DNA of 63,986 nucleotides, filler included, from Streblomastix strix (lineage: Eukaryota), in assembly GCA_008636045.1 (NCBI GenBank). It is 3 parts of 3 records of this genome, joined end to end, with 100 filler letters (N's around TTAATTAATTAA, not from the genome) between each part and the next. Parts side by side here need not be neighbours in the genome. Positions count along the whole stretch, not along the records: positions 21,606 to 43,077 come from SNRW01000370.1; 2 more parts are not named here. One strand, given 5' to 3'. The position numbers were made by a program, and so were the translations under genes. The notes below the pieces were generated by a model that searched no databases, was not told where the DNA came from, and saw only the letters and a program-made list of their open reading frames with translations. This document shows positions 26,178 through 38,590 of the stretch, piece by piece. Numbering within the stretch: the stretch's first letter is position 1; every line of letters begins with the position of its first letter.

Positions 26178-28429
26178 ATGAATGCTTCACTATCATAATA
26201 GTAAATTCGTACAGTTAGATAACTTATCACTAACGATATAGCTAACTACATTCAATATTAGAAACGAGGTAATTCTAGTGATGGAATGATGTCAAAGGAA
26301 GAGTATTAATTATTCATAGATAATAACAATGCATTAGTCTACGCAGCTAACAATTAAATCATCGATGGAATAGCATCCGATTACGCATTAAATATAGAAC
26401 CTAATGGATTGCTAACGATAAAGAATTTGAAAGTGATTAATTTTGATTTTGTTGCTTAGATTAATTAGTTGATTAATTAAGTGAATTTACTACAACAATC
26501 AATTGGAACAACTGAATAGGATATCACTGATATAAAAAATGATATTGATACAATTAATCAAGAACTATCAAGATAAACACATTTCCGAGGATATTATTTA
26601 TTGAATACAGATATATAAAATTTATCTAATTCCGCTAATGGAGATTTTTCATTTAGTACAGAAAGTGGAACAGTATGAATGTATGATTAAAATTGGTATA
26701 ATAGTGGAGATATAGTTCCTGATCAAGTAACGCCTGCAAGTGATGCAATTCCTCTATCTGATGGTACAGCAACTGCAGGAATTAGTACAGAATATTCACG
26801 TGGGGATCATGTGCATCCACTAAATGTAACAACTACTATTCCACTAAGTGATTCTGCTAGTGGATCAGTTGGTACAACAAATTATTATGCATGAAACGAT
26901 CATTCTCATCCTCTCAATATAACAACTTCTATATCTCCACAAGATAGTGCGAATGGATTAGTTGGTACAACTAATTATTATGCTAGAAACGATCATTGAC
27001 ATCCAATTAATGTAGAAACTAATGCTTCAAATATTCCTGTCTTTAATGGTGTTGGTGCTAATGGAACATCAGCTTTTTACGCTAGATAAGATCATATCCA
27101 TCCATAGTAATTGACATATGATGGTAATGTTACTGCGACTAAATTCATTAAATCTGGAGGATTAGCAACTGAAATATTATGCGTTAATGGAGATACAACT
27201 ACAATAGATAGCAAATTTTCTAGAACATATTCTTGTGGAGCGGGTGGATATATTAGATTATGTGTATTTCCAATAGGAACAGGTACTGGAGCACCATATA
27301 TATAATTCTAAGTAACATGTAATACAAACGCTATGCAAACTATTGACTTGGTCCCTAATTAAAACGTTAATGTAATTGTTGATTTATATGGTGTATTTAT
27401 TGCTCCATCTTACGTATAACCTGCATATAATATTTATTATGGAGTTGATTAATTGTTACATACTCATACAGGTTCCTATTCTTCAGCTGTATATACTGCA
27501 TGGATACATATGATGACTGGTAGTGGGAGTGTAACTGTTACTGTTAGTAATTAAAGCCCATACATGACTAATCGAATTACCGAGATTTTAACATAGGATA
27601 TTGTTTCATCAATTAGTGGAAGCTAAACATTGATACCAATTTCATATAATTTAGGAAATGGTGGAATAATAAATAATATGCTATAAGTTAATCCAATGGA
27701 TCGAAGTTATACAACATACACTAATGGAATTAGAATAGGAAATTATAGTAATTAATCAGCATTATATTTAGATTGTTCAACTACAGCTATAAATACAACA
27801 CAAACTGGTCAATGGGAAATAAGCAAGACAAATGATAACGCGCTGACAATTAACCCATCATCTTTACGATAAGCTGATCATAGTGTTGGTTTAAGTATTA
27901 ACAGCGATAGTTCAATAATTAAATTTAATAGTAACGAATTAGTTAATGTGGGGACTGATTAAACGATAAATGGAAGAAAGACATTTGGAGGTACTACTTT
28001 AGGTAGTATTTAATTAAATCTGACTGAAGTATCATATGGTGAAGGGATATGAATAGCAAATAGTCCTATTTTTAATGTTAGCGCTATTTATATAGGAACA
28101 TCGACTAGTTCATCTGGTGAAATTGACGGATAATGGACAATATTAAAAAGAAATGCTGGCGAATTATTTATATGTAGAACAGCTGACTAAATATAGATAA
28201 TAGAGGGTGAATGATATCAGCTGATGGAAACACATTAACATTTAACGGATCAGGTATAGCAAGAATTGGTGCAACAAATGGAGCGACTAATGGATCAGTT
28301 AATTATTCCGCAGGCAATCCTATATTATGGGGTGTAAATAGTGTAGATACAAATGGAGGATTCTATAGCGATGGTCCTAAAGTGTATTGGAGAGCAAAAC
28401 CAGTAACATTAGGGGCTGTTCCTCCATGA
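26178..28429 (+). pseudogene. Long phage-tail-fibre-like protein (~750 aa) with a few TGAs and a late frameshift
   Basis: Coiled coil, four G-x4-Y-(A/S)-R-x-D-H-x-H-P repeats (26770-27105), FIKSGGLATEILCVNGD, DQTINGRKTF, G/T/S/N-rich tail ending VTLGAVPP*. Confidence 0.75.
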
Positions 28430-28512
28430 GGATCTTGCTGTAAGCAGAATCTTTAATTATCGATCCGCCAAGCTTTGTTTAGAACAATGATGTAAGTTTA
28501 TTTTTGAAATAA

Positions 28513-28983
28513 ATGGAAAAAGCTGTAACATAACCTATCAAATAATTATTCAATGAATAAGTGAAATCTCATTTCTAAGATAACGACACAATTAAAGTTA
28601 CAATTGAAGCATTATAAAATTTGCTAAAGAATGATATAAAAGAATCAATTCATCCATTACTCTAAGAATTAATGAGAATCAATAAAATGTTCAATAATTA
28701 ATAACAATAATTATAGAATATAAAGAAAATGGTTGATGAAGAAGATTGTAAAAATAAGTAATCTAATGAATAGAGTACGTACTTCAAAATTAAATTCTTA
28801 TTAATCAAAAAGTCATTAGATATAAACAATTAACCATAACAAATAAAGAAGTACATTATCTCTGAAGCAAGTGAAGAAGAAAAATATATTTACAATTAAT
28901 TTGTGAATGATGAGCAATACAGTAACTTTGTCAATTACTATTCTCTTCAGAATGCTCCTCCAAATCTTGAAACGCTCGCTTGA
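28513..28983 (+). CDS. Hypothetical coiled-coil protein (3' end uncertain)
   Basis: ATG after TTTATTTTTG. Open to the TGA at 28981, slightly overlapping the convergent ORF. Confidence 0.5.
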
Positions 28984-29272
28984 GAGCCGCTTATCTTTGC
29001 TAATTAATTTAGTCTAAAATAATCTGATTATTAGCCTGTTAGATACATTCAATTATCTCTTTAATTTTTTCTTACATTGGATCGTGTGGACAAAAATGAA
29101 AATGTTATAACCTCATATTATATCTACATTTATCCGTTTAATCTAGCTCAACCATAAATTACCATGGAATTACAGTGTTCGTGTTAAGTGCTTAAAATAT
29201 TTTGAATATCTCATAATCAGACGCTTCATACTTATCACCAATTGTTTTTGCTAAACTATACATCTCGTCCAT
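28931..29272 (-). CDS. Hypothetical protein, 113 aa
   Basis: MDEMYSLAKTIGDKYEASDYEIF...QDLEEHSEENSN*, open. Confidence 0.6.
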
Positions 29273-29282
29273 TTATTATTTT

Positions 29283-29651
29283 TCAAAAAATTTGTTTATT
29301 AGGTTAATTTAACATTTTAAGACACAAGATATATCTCCAACGAGTTGCCAATTCCAAATCTTTATTAGATATTGTTTCGTTCAGAAATGCTTCAATTTAT
29401 TCTACAGATAACTATGACCAATGTATACGAGGTTAATTTTTAGCAACTTTGTTGCCAGAGACTTCGTCTTTATCCATTTTTCTTTTGTAAAAGAATTGTA
29501 TAATGTAAATCGTTATATTTAATGGAGCAAATACTATATCGAAATAACTCCATAATGTTTTTATTACATTAACTGTATCCATTAATTTATCAGGAATTGA
29601 CAAAGATATAATTGATGTTATAAAATTATCACCATAAAACATGTAATTCAT
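29283..29651 (-). CDS. Hypothetical protein(s); C-terminal part repeated at ~40635-40790 (+)
   Basis: Track ORF extends through TAA: PRIHWSQLSVEQIEAFLNETISNKDLELATRWRYILCLKMLN versus IEAFLNEAIANQDLELATHRRYIQYLIMLN. Confidence 0.5.
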
Positions 29652-29712
29652 TACATTAATGATTATCGATAATATGTTGCATTAACACGGATTTATTTTA
29701 ATATTTTTGAAA

Positions 29713-30729
29713 ATGTCACTACAAGAATTATAAGATATAGCATTTACGAATCAAGATCTATTGAACGAATATAAAACTAAGCTATTAACGAAGAATTCAT
29801 TGTTCCTTATTAATGGTAATCATTATATTGTGGGAGCAGTTGGAAGCGGTAAAACAACATTAATGTGCAAGCTAGTTGTGATATATTAGAAAATCATTGA
29901 TCCATTCATATTATACTTCTCGAATTATGGTGCGGATGAAACTATGGCATTAAACTTTAATAGTAAGAATATATAACTAACGAATGTAACTTATGGAGAA
30001 GTAATGATATTTCTACCTGAATTTGATGAGATAAAATACTCGATTAAGGAGATGTGCACTTGGTACAAAATGAATGAATAAAAGTAATCTTATACTAGAG
30101 ATTTCATTAAGCGAATGGAAGAGTAGATATTATAAGCTAATCAGATTAAAAAGAATGAAAAACCTAATGATTATCTTAATCGAATTGCTGAACTATTCAA
30201 ATAAAAAGTAACCGAAACCATTGATACATATAGTTAACCAACCAAGATATTGAGAATCGATATCTCTGCATTAATTCAAAATGTTAGTTACCAAAAGAAA
30301 TTCAAAATAGTAGATAACGATTAAGTTGATGTAAAAGAGATGAAAATATCTATATTAGAAAAAGCTTAATTACTTCATACATTAATGCTCTTCGATTATA
30401 TTGGATCAAATGCAGATATCTAACGATTCAGTTCATAACTATCTAAAACAATAACGCATCTCGTTAGTGATTCCCGTCATTCAAAAAATACTATCTTCTT
30501 TATGGCTTAAAGACCAACTTATTTGTTTAAGACAGCAAGGATATTAACGCATGTAATCTGTTTAGGCATAAATCTTGGAGAAAGTGATCTAAGATAAGTA
30601 TACGATGAAAATTCCATATAAAATTTAGATTTTGATGAGTTTCAATTACTGTACAATACATTAAAGGAATATGAATTTATCATTCTGAATAAGTGAATGG
30701 GTAAATTTGAGATTCTCAAAAATAAATGA
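29713..30729 (+). CDS. A32/FtsK-HerA-type genome packaging ATPase (one late TGA at 30694)
   Basis: Walker A GAVGSGKTT, Walker B region TLMLFDY, DSRH arginine motif, FFMAQR. Confidence 0.88.
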
Positions 30730-30738
30730 AAGAAATCT

Positions 30739-33680
30739 TCATTCAAATGAATAATCCTTAGCAGTTAATCCAAACATAAATGGACAGCATGATTGATTCT
30801 CCAATACTATCATTTTCGTGTGAACTCCTGTGATTCCATTTTTTTCTATAGATAATTAGCTCATTTAGTGATTCTTCTAACCCAATCTCATATTAGTGCA
30901 TTTCGTTATCTTACCTTCATTAATGCAATCGACTATCTGGTCTTTAGTGATTTTGTTAGTTTTTTAATTAACTCCTTTCAATTTTATTTTTGAATCTTCG
31001 CAATAATTCTTGAATATGATATAATTTTTGGGAGCTAATGCAATCATTGAAGGACTTTGTCGTTCGATTGCTAATTCAAGAATTTTCTTCTCATCATAAA
31101 CATCTTCTCTAATCGTAGGGAAGAAGTACTTTGCATTATCGTTATAGAAATCTCTGTCATTAACTACAGCATTAAATTGCTAAGTAAAATCTTCATTAGG
31201 ATTTCCACTAATTGCCCATTAAGCTGAATCAGTTTCTCCTTCGATAAAATGTATCCGATTCATATCTAAGCATTTATACATGAAGTTATATATGAAATTT
31301 AGATACCAATATTTAGCATTATCTAGTACAAAGAATGCTACTTATAAAGGAGTTTTACAACTGCAATGCTCTGGATTCATTTATACAATATAACTGTCTT
31401 CAGATATCTTTTACTCGTCCATGAATGCATTAGATCTAATAGCTCTCTCAGTTTACTTCCTATTCATTATTTTTACTTTATGATATTTCTCTGTATTCAT
31501 TCCATCACTACCATATTAGCTATTCATAACTATCTTAAAGAATTATTCTTATCCTTTATTCTCAACTAATTTTGCTTCAATTATGTTTTTAGTAAATTCC
31601 TTAATGAATGAATTGAATTAGTCATGTTTATTGAATAGTACTATCTATTTCACATCATCTATAATAAAATGACAATCATCAATTAAGAACCATAAATAGT
31701 ATGAGCTAAATTCCATGAATTCTTCCATCGTTAATGATAGATTAGTTAGCTTTCTTTATTTTTGATCTGTCTTAATCGTTTTGTCTTTCATGTGACTATA
31801 CATATAACTGCCGATAGTTCTTTCATCAGTTATGAACTCATAATTCCTTAGAATAGATGGGAAGTTAATGAAATTGTTGATATAATTCTAATTAATATGG
31901 CCTTTAACTGCTGCAATGAATAATTAGCCATCAGCTGTAAATCTATTTTTACTATTAATTATTCGTAGTATATTTTAATTTGAATGTTCATCATCCCCCT
32001 CAATCTTACCAGTTTATGATCCACACATAAACATTTTCCATTGGCAAACTTGATAAATTTTTGAGGTTCTGATGACATAAGACTAGGATATAAGGAATTA
32101 AAATCAACACCAACTACATGAGTTATTCGATGATCAGTTGTTAAAACAGTAACCTTTTTGTTGTCTTTATCAAATTAGATTCATTTAATGAAATCAATTC
32201 CTGATCTGTTAACTCTATGCATTACATTTGATAATCCACCTGTGATCCACTTTCTGATTAAATGATACACATCAATATCTGTAAGGTTAGTTGGTAAACA
32301 TCTTATCATGCAATATTTACGTAATTATATGAATAATTTACCAATATTTTTATCTTTGTTTGAATAAAAGCAATTGCAATACAAACAACAAGGCAAGGCA
32401 TTATTTTTTCAATAACCTTTTGAATTATCTATTCTGTCTAGTGTTGATTTATTAGAAATAGTGAATTTACGTCCACAAATGCTGCAATTAGAATCTTTGA
32501 ATAACTGTATGAAATAATCGAAATCACTATCTTAAACGTTATTTGCTAGGTCTCTTTTTTTATGTTTATCTTACGATTGATATCCTTTTACTTTACTCTA
32601 GCAATAGTTCTCTGTTAAGTAAAATCTCTATGATAAATCTTCAAAATTAGGATATACTCCATTAATGTCAAAATCTTCATAGGCTTTAGCATATTTGATA
32701 GCATTAGAGCAAGCGACCATACTGATGAAGCTATACATATCAATCTTATATTTAAATTGTAAGCTAATTAGAGTCATTAATGGTTTGATCATTATATAAG
32801 TATCTTATTCGATATAGAAGTGTCAATAATCCCATCTATTTTTAAAACGTTTTGCATCTTCTAGATAAATTTAGTAATCCTACTAGCTAATTTTAGTCTT
32901 CTTTAATGATGAATTGAAATTTTCCATCGTAAATGGTTCTGATTTACTTAGTACTTCATTAACGTTATCAGTATTGAATGCTTCATAAGGAAATAAGCCT
33001 TTTCTATCATCATATCCATCTCCAAAATCTTTAGCTGCTTACTTTAATTTCATAGGTTAAACATACGTTAACATGTCAACAAATTTCACTTTCAAATTTA
33101 ATTTCTTTTGAAGTACAATTATTTGCTTAGATGTTGAAGCGCTACCTGTATAATTACTGATTGTCCAATCTTTACTTTACATTTATTATATAATTAATGA
33201 CATATCAAATCTTGAGCTATTGAATCTTACTATTGGTACTTCCATTGAATAAGGAATTGTTTTATCAATTGTGCAGGCTTCTGTGATATATTAGTTGTCA
33301 GCATTAACTTATTAAGCATCTTTAAACAATTAATGTAACCATTAAACTATAAAATCATCTCCATCCTATTAGCTAAAGAAGATTTTCTTAATTCCATATT
33401 TGTTACGAATAGTTGATGCAACTGATAAAGGAAATAGTTCATACATTTAGTAGCTTGATTTACCGAACTTTTTATTAACGATTTTAGGAACTGTTTCAAG
33501 ATCATATGTGATGAAGTATTGCGTAGGTTTAAACTCATATTATCTTCCATTTGCTAATAGACATTGATAAGTTTTATTCTGCATAATGTGTGGAACAAAT
33601 GGCTTTTAAATATTATCTAGTTTAACTTTTTTAACTATTTATCCTTCGTTATTTTCACAATTAATAAGTAACACTCTTAG
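30739..33680 (-). pseudogene. polB: Protein-primed PolB, exonuclease plus polymerase domains, N-terminus missing
   Basis: ITYDLET, VGFNSSRFD, KGLFPYE, CSIC...LDRIDN...PCCLYCN insert, VGVDFNSLYPS, KIVMNSQYGSDG, EGETDS, ALAPKNY, LKGV. Confidence 0.93.
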
Positions 33681-33769
33681 AAAAAAATATTTTTTATTAA
33701 ATGCAATTCATAAAAAATAAATTGAAAATACAGCTTGATTTGCCAATGCAGGACAAACTAATGAGCATC

Positions 33770-34740
33770 AAGAGAATATAACCCAGTATAATACAGACAT
33801 CTGAAGATTCAGAAATGAGCAGTGGAGCGGTCTTGTACCTTGCAACAATTGAGGAGGATCCAATCTTTAGGACGGAACAATGTGATTACTGATAGATACA
33901 TAAATCGTCCAACTAACTGGAAATTACATCAATATTAATGTTATTAAGGAACCAGAAGGAATATATTCAAACTAAAAGTTGTATTCTGATATGAACAGTC
34001 AACACTCTAACTGAATTCTGCATGTGGAAGTAGAAAAGCTAAACAGAAATAGCTACTGATAGCAAAAAGAGTTAGGAAACATGTTGGAAAGAACAGCATT
34101 AAGTTGGAATTGAAATATATCTAGGGAAGCAAGAACATTAGCAATCTTAGGACTTCCTGTTTGTCTGAACATTTTCGCTTCGAGAACCAACAAATGTCTA
34201 AGTAGCTACTGCAACTTGTTACCTGACAATCATGCGTTCGCTGTAAACTAATTACTGAAAAAGTTCAACAAGGTTAGAAGCAACAAAGCAGAAGAAATTT
34301 TAGTGATTCCAAGTTGGAAGGGATAGGTATGAAAACGATGGGTACAAGAGATGAAGATAGCGGAAGTTGATCTGGTAGATGCGAAAGATTGCTTGGAGAT
34401 GGTCAAATTAATGAAGGATCTAAAACAGCAACTACCTCCAAAATGGATGAGATCCAGAAAACATGGTAAAAGCGAAGAGTAGGGCTCCATTTATTCAGTG
34501 ATTGTATGATTGAGAAGAAACTGGAAGTAAGAGATATATTAATTGGAAGAGAAGACGTAATCTGAGCTAATGCTTTATCATGGTGTGGAAAGAAAGGATG
34601 AAAGTCTGTATCATATGATTTAACGAAACATGAAACGTGGCACAATCCCCTATCGTGCAAGTCATTGTTAAAAGATTTGCTGCGATTATGAGGAAAGATA
34701 TCAACATTAAACAGCAAGTAATGAAAATCAAAACAATTCT
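33770..34740 (+). mobile_element. DIRS-like retrotransposon relic (RNase H and methyltransferase-like region)
   Basis: SSNQLEITSIL...ILI*TVN...KYIQGSKN (RNase H pattern), then NIFASRTNKCLSSYC...LVIPSWKGQV*. More purine/GC-rich than the flanks. Confidence 0.65.
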
Positions 34741-35899
34741 GCTGACCAGTAACTGTTATTGATAATAGTTAAATACAAAGGAAAACAAAAAAAGATACAA
34801 GAAGAAAACATTTTTACAGTTTATTATTAAAAAAAGATGCATGAAGAAATTGGATGTAACAGAGTATTGAGGAAATTGTTGGCTGAATTTGGTGTTAATA
34901 CCGAATTTTAAAGTAGAAACTACAGATATTTCTTTCTTTCCTTTATATTTATCTCATTTAATTCTTGATCTGTCCCTCCAGTTGTGCAAAATTAATTCGA
35001 CGTTGTTCTTCCAATTCGTTCATTAACGTGCTCCGTTCATATTAACTAATCACCAAATCATTGAATTAATGTAAGACATTTTCTACCACAATGTCCGATT
35101 AATAAACTCTATAAGTCTTTTTAGAAGTTAAAATATGTATTAATTTTATATGAAGAAAGTGTAATGAGTTGTTGGATGAGATTTCGTTACTCAAGTATTG
35201 ATTTATTTGTCTTATTTCATATAAAAATGGAAATTATATTTATTATGCATCATAACTCAAAAAATTCATTGAATTAAAATTAAATTACTTGACGCACTAA
35301 ATTATAAATTTGCATGTTCATTTCACATAGAGCATCCCATTACTTCGAATTAACAGTTATGAGAGATATTTTTCTAGAATTCTAACAAACATTTTTAAGA
35401 ATAATAAGAAAATTGAATTCTCTCTCAATGACAATGTCATGCAAGTAAATAATGATATGAAATTGTTCATATATTCCAAAAATAAAAACGAAACATAACT
35501 GAAAATGTATCACTAAACCGTAACTAATCTCATAAATAAATTAAATTATTCCATCACACAATTTGGAAAAACTAATATGATTGAAAATAAAAATTATTTT
35601 CGTAAAATAAAAACATACATACGCATTCTAATAAATCGAAAAACATAAATTTAAAGTAAAATAATATAAATAATCAGTATAGTATAGAAAGCTAACATAT
35701 AAACAATATTTTCTTGAAAATTAATATTTATAAAATAAATAACAATGATATGATGCAACTGCATAAACTGGGAAAATTGAAGAAATATTAAATGATTCTG
35801 ATTTATATATGTGAAGAACAGTAATATTTTTTGTTTAAAATGTACAAACAAATATATAATACAACGAGTATTCTAAAAATAAAATTAGAATTTTTGAGG

Positions 35900-37308
35900 A
35901 CTCGAATTAATAGTGGAATTTAGCTTTATTTTCTCCGTAAGGAGTTTTGATTATAGCTAGATTTAGCAAATATATCAATCTGAACTTGTGTGTATGTCAA
36001 ATTTTAACAATTTTAATTTATGAATGAACTGATGCTGAGAAACGAATCTGCCAAACTTATTAAAAAAAATAGTTTGAATGAAAAAAGAAATTACTGAATT
36101 ATTAACAATTATTTCATCAATTTCTTTCCTAATTTTATACGCTAATGCTATAAAGAAACATATTTTATATTCACATTCTACATAATGAATTGAATATTAT
36201 TTGACATGCTTATCAAGATATGGTATTCTTGCTCATGTACCTATTAATTTATAAGTTGCAAACATAACATTAAATAAGGCAACAATCAAATTTTTGGTAT
36301 CATCATATGTACTTTCCATTCATTCTTTTAACTTTCTGAATATATCCATTTTAAATGTTTCTAACGATTTCTTATCACTTATTGTTGATTATTTATATTT
36401 GAAAGCATTATCTAATGAAGGAATTCTACAAGAATATTTATAATTATCACCATCAAGTTTTCGTTATATTAGAACTCCAAAATCAATTTGAACTTTAAAG
36501 GGAAGTCTTTTGTATGAATCGTAAACATTATTTGCAAATTAAGATAGTTGCTCATACTGAGTTAGTTTATTAAAGTAATGAAGTTTATAAGTAATTTCAT
36601 CATAAACAGCTTCAGCAATTGCTTCATTATTTTTAAATTTACTTACTCTTTTAATTTCTTAAATATTTTCTTCTTCACTATCAACATCACATAATTGTAA
36701 TGCAATTTATGATAATTTATTGTTTCTTTTTAAATCTCAATTGTTGAAAATGGATAAGAGAAATCATCTTCATTTTGCATCAATTATTGATTGAGATTAC
36801 GTTTAATTTTATTGATTCTATCTTTATATATCCTTTCAACATCAAACCGTTTAACTTTGTATTAATTTATTTTATCATAAGCATCTAATCTATGTTAAAT
36901 TTTATTAATTCTATTTTTATATATCCTATCAACATTAATCCGTTTAGTGTTGTATTAATCTATATTATCAACTATTCCAAATCTCTATTTTGCTTTATTA
37001 ATTCTATCATTATATATTCTATTAACATCAAACTGTTTAATGAAAAGATAGTTGGTTTTATCAGACAACATATCTATGAAATCTGATTAAATGACATCAT
37101 TTTCTTGCATAAGCTGTTAGTTTGGTAAGCCCATGTGTAGTTAGAGGAACTAATGAACATCATCAAAGTTTGTCCTATCACAAGTTTAATCTAACTCTCG
37201 TAATTTAGCAACTAATTCAGCTAATAATTCACCATATTTTTCTGTATCGTATTCTGGCCTAATAATTCTCATTAGTGTAAATATTTCTGGTTTAGATAGT
37301 TTAGGCAT
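35900..37308 (-). pseudogene. polB: N-terminal (terminal-protein-like) region of a pPolB, with three 31-aa repeats
   Basis: LPFKVQIDFGVLIQ...VALFNVMFATYKL...CFFIALA parallels YKLAIDFGFIYE...IAIYSMCATAYLL...CVLEAIA in the polB at 43178-45658. Repeats have a 93-nt period (37029, 36936, 36843). Confidence 0.65.
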
Positions 37309-37499
37309 TTATTAGAAAATAAAATTATTAATAATCAATTTAGATAATAATATTAATATATATGTACAAATTTAATATATAAAACTTGATGCTGATCTAA
37401 AAAAAGAAAACTTTTTATCAATACATATAACTTTTTAAGAGTTTTGTTAGTAATTATTACCATGAATGTCTAACTTATATAGTAGATATTTATTTAAAA

Positions 37500-38590
37500 A
37501 CTTCTTCTGCGAACACTATTGAACATGGTTTCTGCTACGGACTTTTGATTATTTTTACTATAATAAATCTTAGATTCCAGAAATGCTGCATAAAACCTCT
37601 ACCATTTATTGATAGTCGAAATTATTCTAGAATTTTAAAAATTTGTTTATTAAAATATCTATTTACAACAAATCATCACTGCAGAGCTTCGTTGCATAAA
37701 TAGTCCATAAGTTTGAAAATTTCGCTATGGTTTGTTGTCCATTCAACTGTCATTCAAACAAAGCCAAATTCATTTTATCAAGTGATTTTGAAACAAAATT
37801 TGTCAATATAATATAATATGACGTGAAATACAAGTTGATGAGGTGATTATACAATTCCAGTTGCTTTAGAACATTTCGTCTTGAATTAGTAAGATGGACT
37901 TAATGAAATGTTTAGAGAAGTTCATAAGTGGGAATAATCTCATATAATGATTAGATTTTAGATTCATTTTGGACAGCTTAAAAATTCTATAATGAATTTA
38001 TCTTCAAGAAAGTTCATCTTAGAATTGGATCAATAAGATTTGTCAGTGCGATGTATATCTAAATACATTGTGATATTTATATATATATGAATAATATACT
38101 CATTATTGCATCAAATACTGAACCATAAGTGATAAATGAAATATAAAATATCATATGAATCAAAACTTAAAGCAAATAAAGATATTATCTTATTTATCGA
38201 TCCATTGAATGTTGATAGAATTACTCACACACAAGCATGAGCAAGATTTCTTTAGTATTAATAATAGAAATTAGATTATCCAACTTATAATGATTCAGAT
38301 GCAGTTACAGCACTTCAAGAGTGATATGTTGCCGAAATCTGCTAATTGTCTTTCACTAAGTACCTACATTTCTCTTTTTGATCATTTTCTGCACATAATT
38401 TCTTTATTGAATTCATTTTAATATAAATACTTCCAAAATTTCTTCTTGGTAGATCTGCAGCAATCTTATCCCAATTTTATCTATTAGTAAACCACGATTT
38501 AACTAAAGTTTGTAACTCTTATAATGTAAAAAAAATATTTATTTGATTATTATTATGTTCTTTTGGGCGAAAGCGTAACATTTCTATGAA
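37500..38590 (-). pseudogene. Degenerate ORF with a Myb/SANT-like domain
   Basis: FTLQELQTLVKSWFTNRQNWDKIAADLPRRNFGSI at ~38530-38425. Confidence 0.5.

Larger units (their letters stand above)
21606..37400. mobile_element. Endogenous Polinton-like virus B (capsid, fibres, pVI-like peptide, ATPase, pPolB), left end cut by the contig edge
   Basis: Gene-dense, intronless, mostly open ORFs under TAR=Gln, with hallmark viral genes. Confidence 0.88.

Noticed and set aside
1704..27000. TGA recoded as Trp (all three stops reassigned)
   Set aside because: In-frame TGAs replace different residues (likely Trp in mariner, Arg in YA*ND, Ser in H*HP, Gly in SF*GD), occur alongside frameshifts, and TGA ends the intact genes. 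This fits mutational decay.
26178..28429. Bacterial prophage or contaminant
   Set aside because: The fibre genes use TAR=Gln, sit among pPolB and A32 ATPase genes, and share a contig with an intron-containing gene. No terminase, portal or other tailed-phage genes were seen.
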